Shown here piece after piece: positions 42,896 through 46,180 of a DNA stretch of 46,180 nucleotides. Within the stretch, counting starts at the first letter, position 1. Each line of letters begins with the position of its first letter. The notes under the pieces were generated by a model. The model did no database searches. It was not told the origin of the DNA and saw nothing but the letters and a program-made list of their open reading frames with translations. The stretch comes from Lysobacterales bacterium (GTDB lineage Bacteria; Pseudomonadota; Gammaproteobacteria; Xanthomonadales; SZUA-5), in assembly GCA_020442775.1 (NCBI GenBank), contig JAGRJL010000025.1:1-46180 (forward strand), read 5' to 3'. The position numbers and the translations under genes were made by a program.

Positions 42896-43936
42896 CTAAG
42901 CCGCCCGAGCTTCCATTCCCAGCGCAGAGCGCATGATCCGCACCAGCCCCGACCAACGACTGGGCTGCACCTTGACCGATTGATAGGTCTCGGTGCCGGC
43001 ATCGTTGAAAGTTTGGCAATCCAGCAGGCTGCAATAGGCGCAGGCATTGAGGAACGCACTGACTTCCGCCATCGGCTGCCCGGACAGCTGAACGATTTCC
43101 TCAACCGAATGCGCGCCGCGGGTGAGCAGAGCGGCGAAGCCGAAATGCGAGCGACGAGCCCCCAGCCGGCCGAAATCGGGCCAGCGCAGCAGCTTGATAC
43201 GGGATGCTGTCGCCACCGACTCCTGAAGCTTGCCTTCCGGGTAGTTCATGCCCAGATTCCACAGCAACTCGTCGATCGGTCGTGGAGCCAGTTCCTTGCG
43301 CAGACCGTTGCCCACGATTGCCCCTACTCGACGCAGCGCCGGGGCCTTCTGCGACCGCACCAGATCCGCCAAACGCTGCTCGGTCAATTCGGTGGATGCA
43401 GCAAAACTGCGCTCGGGCTCGAAAACGTAGATGCACTTGCCATCCAGATTCACTTGCCAAACCGCCTGTTCGTCGCTGCGCCGGCGCGCCAACGCCATCA
43501 GCAACTCGGTCAGGGTCTGGTGGTTGTGCAGATCAGCCGGAACATCGCGGACATCGGCAGCTGGACCTTCGCTCGGCTGAGCTTGCGCTGCTGTGTGGGC
43601 AATCGGGTGTTCGATCTCATCAGCGGCGGTATCCAGGACCCCAATGACTTCGCTGGCGCGCAGCGGGAAGTGGATGAAATGGGTCAGCTGCCCGCGGCTT
43701 TGACCCGCCTTCAAGACCTCGACACAAACCGGACGTCCGGTGTTATGAAACTGCTTGTGGGCAATCCGGGTCAGCGCAGCATCCGGGTCGCACAGCACCA
43801 GATCAGCCTGGAAACTCTCGGTGTACTCCCACTTTTCACGAGTGCTTCCCTCGATCAGATGGAGTACGGAGCGGACGATGGTCTCATCGTGGGCGGAGAG
43901 GCCGACAGTCGTGACGGTATAGGCGGATTTGTTCAT
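42896..43936 (-). CDS. Uncharacterised 346-aa protein, first gene of the GTPase/Roadblock operon (pseudo-receiver-like N-terminus; possible DUF4388/PATAN-like middle)
   Basis: Long ORF that stands against the spurious GC-driven antisense ORF. N-terminus TVTTVGLSAHDETIVRSVLHLIEG...ADLVLCDPD resembles a receiver strand-helix pattern without an obvious acidic pocket. The middle LTELLMALARRRSDEQAVWQVNLDGKCIYVFEPE resembles the DUF4388 core (L.DLLQ.L...G.L.V...G.IYF..G). The family call is tentative. Confidence 0.7.
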   Translation of the reverse strand: MNKSAYTVTTVGLSAHDETIVRSVLHLIEGSTREKWEYTESFQADLVLCDPDAALTRIAHKQFHNTGRPVCVEVLKAGQSRGQLTHFIHFPLRASEVIGVLDTAADEIEHPIAHTAAQAQPSEGPAADVRDVPADLHNHQTLTELLMALARRRSDEQAVWQVNLDGKCIYVFEPERSFAASTELTEQRLADLVRSQKAPALRRVGAIVGNGLRKELAPRPIDELLWNLGMNYPEGKLQESVATASRIKLLRWPDFGRLGARRSHFGFAALLTRGAHSVEEIVQLSGQPMAEVSAFLNACAYCSLLDCQTFNDAGTETYQSVKVQPSRWSGLVRIMRSALGMEARAA

Positions 43937-43950
43937 GGCTGCAGTCTACA

Positions 43951-43996
43951 ACAGAAAATGAATAGGTGTATTTAATTATTAAGATTGGTTTGTAAC
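43951..43996 (-). promoter_or_regulatory. AT-rich promoter-like island upstream of the 346-aa/GTPase/Roadblock operon
   Basis: The minus strand reads TTACAAACCAATCTTAATAATTAAATACACCTATTCATTTTCTGT, 15-60 nt upstream of ATG 43936. It contains TTACAA and TAAATA-type hexamers, but the spacing is not ideal. Confidence 0.35.
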
Positions 43997-44165
43997 GGAT
44001 CGTTTGGGGTCATGTGCCGCATCTTGCTCGCGCGGCTGAGCGCGGGTGTCGCCGCATTTGGCAAGACGGCTATCAGCGTCACGGCTCCAAGTGTTGGACA
44101 GCAGGGAGACCCACGCTGCTGCCGAAAGTCACCCGCAGCGGGGGGCATTTGCCGAATCAGAAGAT

Positions 44166-45143
44166 TCAGGTCGTCGCCGGCCCGAGTGGTACCAGCAGCC
44201 CCTTGGCCAGAATGTCCTCGACCAGAGGATCGGTATGGGCGCCAGCTGCAGCGCCGGTGAGCGGGGTCGGCTCTGTGGCCGCCTCGCCGAAAACCTGCAG
44301 CGCGGCGCGGACCGAGTTGGCGTTGAGCTGCGCGACCTGCTCCGGCTGTTGATAGCCACCAGCCACCACAAACACGATCGGAACGGTCAGTTCCCTGGCC
44401 ATGCCGAACACCCTCAGATCTCGCCGGAACATCTGATCGGCGCTGATTCTGGCCAGGCTCTTGGGGTCGTTTTCATGGCAGTCCGCGCCGGACTGGTAAA
44501 GAATCAAGTCCGGTCGATGTTCCCGGATCAGGTCGTCTACCTCGTCCAGCGCCGCATCGTATTGCGCAGCGGCATTGCGTCCGCGAATGTGAAAGGTCCA
44601 GGAGCGCGGACCGCCGAGGCAGCCGAAACGGGTGCCAAAGATCGATGCCTGATAGAGATTGGGCAGCTGGGCGATGAAACTCTCGGTGCCGTTGCCGCCG
44701 TGTTCATCGCAGTCGATCACAAAGACCCGCAGGTCAGGCCGAGCGTGTGCGACCAGTGCCAGGCCGTTCAACGCACAGTAGGCCGACCCGCGTTCGGCGA
44801 CGGCGTGATGAAAGCCGCAGGCCAGATTCAGGCAGACCCCGCTGCTCTGCGCCCGTTCAACCGCGGCGAGCTGGCCGGACAGCATCGCGTAGGTGGCATC
44901 GCGCACGGCAGTGGACCAGGGTATCCCCAGCGTCGAGGCCAACGGTTCAATGCCCTGATCGAAATGGGTCAGATAGCGCTCGCTATGAAGTCCGCTCAGC
45001 GCACTGGTATCGAAAGGGGGTGGCTCGATCATCTCAACGAGACCGAGCTTCTGCATGAGGTCGGCAGCGACCGACAGGCGCCAGAACCTTGGGGTTTCCG
45101 GCGGCGCGTAGACGGATGAGAAATAGGTCGGCAGAACCTTCAC
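44166..45143 (-). CDS. Histone-deacetylase-family (arginase/deacetylase superfamily) Zn-dependent amidohydrolase, 325 aa
   Basis: LNLACGFHHA (catalytic His pair), VFVIDCDEHGGNGT (D-x-H zinc ligands), YQSGADCHENDP (third zinc ligand Asp), VVAGGY (catalytic Tyr). The GTG start overlaps the upstream stop (GTGA at 45140-45143). Confidence 0.85.
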   Translation of the reverse strand: MKVLPTYFSSVYAPPETPRFWRLSVAADLMQKLGLVEMIEPPPFDTSALSGLHSERYLTHFDQGIEPLASTLGIPWSTAVRDATYAMLSGQLAAVERAQSSGVCLNLACGFHHAVAERGSAYCALNGLALVAHARPDLRVFVIDCDEHGGNGTESFIAQLPNLYQASIFGTRFGCLGGPRSWTFHIRGRNAAAQYDAALDEVDDLIREHRPDLILYQSGADCHENDPKSLARISADQMFRRDLRVFGMARELTVPIVFVVAGGYQQPEQVAQLNANSVRAALQVFGEAATEPTPLTGAAAGAHTDPLVEDILAKGLLVPLGPATT

Positions 45144-46078
45144 GCGGCACTCCGCAGCACGCGCGCCGAGGAGTTGCGCAGATCATCCAGAGTGGTGGTC
45201 AGCGGAGACACCATGTTCAGCCGGACCTGCGCATCCATTTGCGCAGAGAATGCCCGGCGCCGAATCTCCGGTGGGACGGCCAGGGTGGTCAACCTCAGAA
45301 AGCGTGCCGCCTGGATATCGGCAAGCGAGAGAATCAGGCCGGATTCGCTGGCGGCGGCGGCATTCGCCGACTCGGCGTGTTCCAGCGCAAACAGCCCACC
45401 CGGCGGTATCGTGACCTGATTGACGGTTGCCGGTGAGAGCAGCATCGCCGAGTGTGACTCGCCGAGATTCATCTTTTCGATCAGCAGTGGCTTGCCGGTT
45501 TCATCCAGTATCAGGTTGACGCTGCCGCCCCGGCGGATCTTTCCGTGGGCGATCTCCAGAAAGAACTCCTCGGCCTGGGAACAGCTGCCAATCTCGGGCT
45601 TGACCGGCATCGGCGCCAGTACCGGCAGCGCCTGCCGGGTGCCGTCAATGATGTCCACGATCATCGAGAACAGCAGGCGGGCCTCGAAACTGTGTTCGTG
45701 CTTGGCCAGCTCGGAGAGCTTCTGATCGAGTCCGATCAGGAGCGACAGACCGTCCGATTCCAGTCCGCGCAGCAGTTCTGCCGGCGCTTGCGCAGCCCGG
45801 CGCCAGCCAGCCTCCCAGCCATGCTGAATCAGTCGCCTGGCCAGCTGCTCGATCTCGCTGATCATTGATGACCAGTCGGCAAACAGCGAAAGGTCCGTGG
45901 CGACATCGGGGGATCGGGGGCAATTGATAAACTCGGCCAGGAATCGGGTGGCCTGGGTGTAGCCGCAGCCCCGGCGTTCGGTCTGGTGGCTGGGGTCTTC
46001 TTCCAGCATCGGCACCAGCTTGGCCGAAAACGACAGTCCCGCCTGGGCAAAGCTACGCCGCAGTTCATGCATCGCCAT
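45140..46078 (-). CDS. Uncharacterised 312-aa protein translationally coupled to the HDAC-family gene
   Basis: ATG 46078 (MAMHELRRSF...). Continuous ORF with no recognisable motif, predicted helical N-terminal half and beta-rich C-terminal half (SVNLILDETGKPLLIEKMNLGESHSAMLLSPATVNQVTIPPGGLFALEH). Confidence 0.65.
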   Translation of the reverse strand: MAMHELRRSFAQAGLSFSAKLVPMLEEDPSHQTERRGCGYTQATRFLAEFINCPRSPDVATDLSLFADWSSMISEIEQLARRLIQHGWEAGWRRAAQAPAELLRGLESDGLSLLIGLDQKLSELAKHEHSFEARLLFSMIVDIIDGTRQALPVLAPMPVKPEIGSCSQAEEFFLEIAHGKIRRGGSVNLILDETGKPLLIEKMNLGESHSAMLLSPATVNQVTIPPGGLFALEHAESANAAAASESGLILSLADIQAARFLRLTTLAVPPEIRRRAFSAQMDAQVRLNMVSPLTTTLDDLRNSSARVLRSAA

Positions 46079-46180
46079 CCTCTCCCAAGGCTTGATTCGG
46101 TGCTTGGATCAGTGGGTCAGCGGGGTAGCTGCGCTCGCGGGGTCAATGCGCCGGACTACGGTTCGTTGTCGTGCGGCCTG

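Noticed and set aside
1-46180. CRISPR arrays, tRNA/rRNA genes, IS elements, integrons.
   Set aside because: No regularly spaced direct repeats and no cloverleaf-like or rRNA-like conserved stretches were noticed in intergenic regions. No transposase or integrase-like ORFs were seen either. The absence is based on visual inspection only; tRNAscan-SE or Infernal would be definitive.

Overview
46.2-kb, visibly high-GC chromosomal segment of a proteobacterium. Gene content looks gammaproteobacterial (Xanthomonadales/Lysobacterales-like), but the taxon cannot be proven from this window. I call about 41 protein-coding genes and found no rRNA, tRNA, CRISPR array, transposase or integrase. (1) 1-9.2 kb: the end of an ABC ATPase, then a minus-strand block of Sec-secreted proteins. 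These are a 271-aa hypothetical, a small 85-101-aa protein, a phage-tail-fibre-like protein with a peptidase-S74 intramolecular-chaperone domain, and a 793-aa CSLREA/beta-helix/Calx-beta protein. The block is divergent from a NarL/LuxR-type response regulator plus a 7TM HisKA_3 kinase. Three copies of one 23-nt dyad box precede the two large secreted-protein genes and the regulator operon. (2) 9.3-33 kb: housekeeping and signalling genes. These include valS, alkB, mscL, a SufT-like gene, an aldehyde dehydrogenase, MFS and SLC13 transporters, an OmpR/HK pair and three GGDEF cyclases, two of them ~1000-aa Y_Y_Y propeller paralogues. There is also a class-D beta-lactamase-fold protein whose STFK lysine is Tyr, and a 630-nt structured intergenic region ending in a strong intrinsic terminator. 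(3) 33-46 kb is the most unusual part. It starts with an isolated GvpA-family plus GvpF/L-family gene pair with no other gas-vesicle genes, divergent from an OmpR regulator coupled to a sensor-less 208-aa kinase. Next comes a cytoplasmic PAS-GGDEF-EAL / coiled-coil / multi-PAS kinase / CheY operon. It converges, with stop codons sharing one CTAG, on a minus-strand operon encoding an uncharacterised 346-aa protein, a CvnD/MglA-like small GTPase and a Roadblock/LC7 protein. Upstream of that operon lies a translationally coupled pair: an uncharacterised 312-aa protein and an HDAC-family deacetylase. My best candidates for an undescribed system are the orphan gvpA/gvpF pair and the 346-aa/GTPase/Roadblock (+312-aa/HDAC) module. 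All family assignments come from reading motifs by eye; no database search was run.
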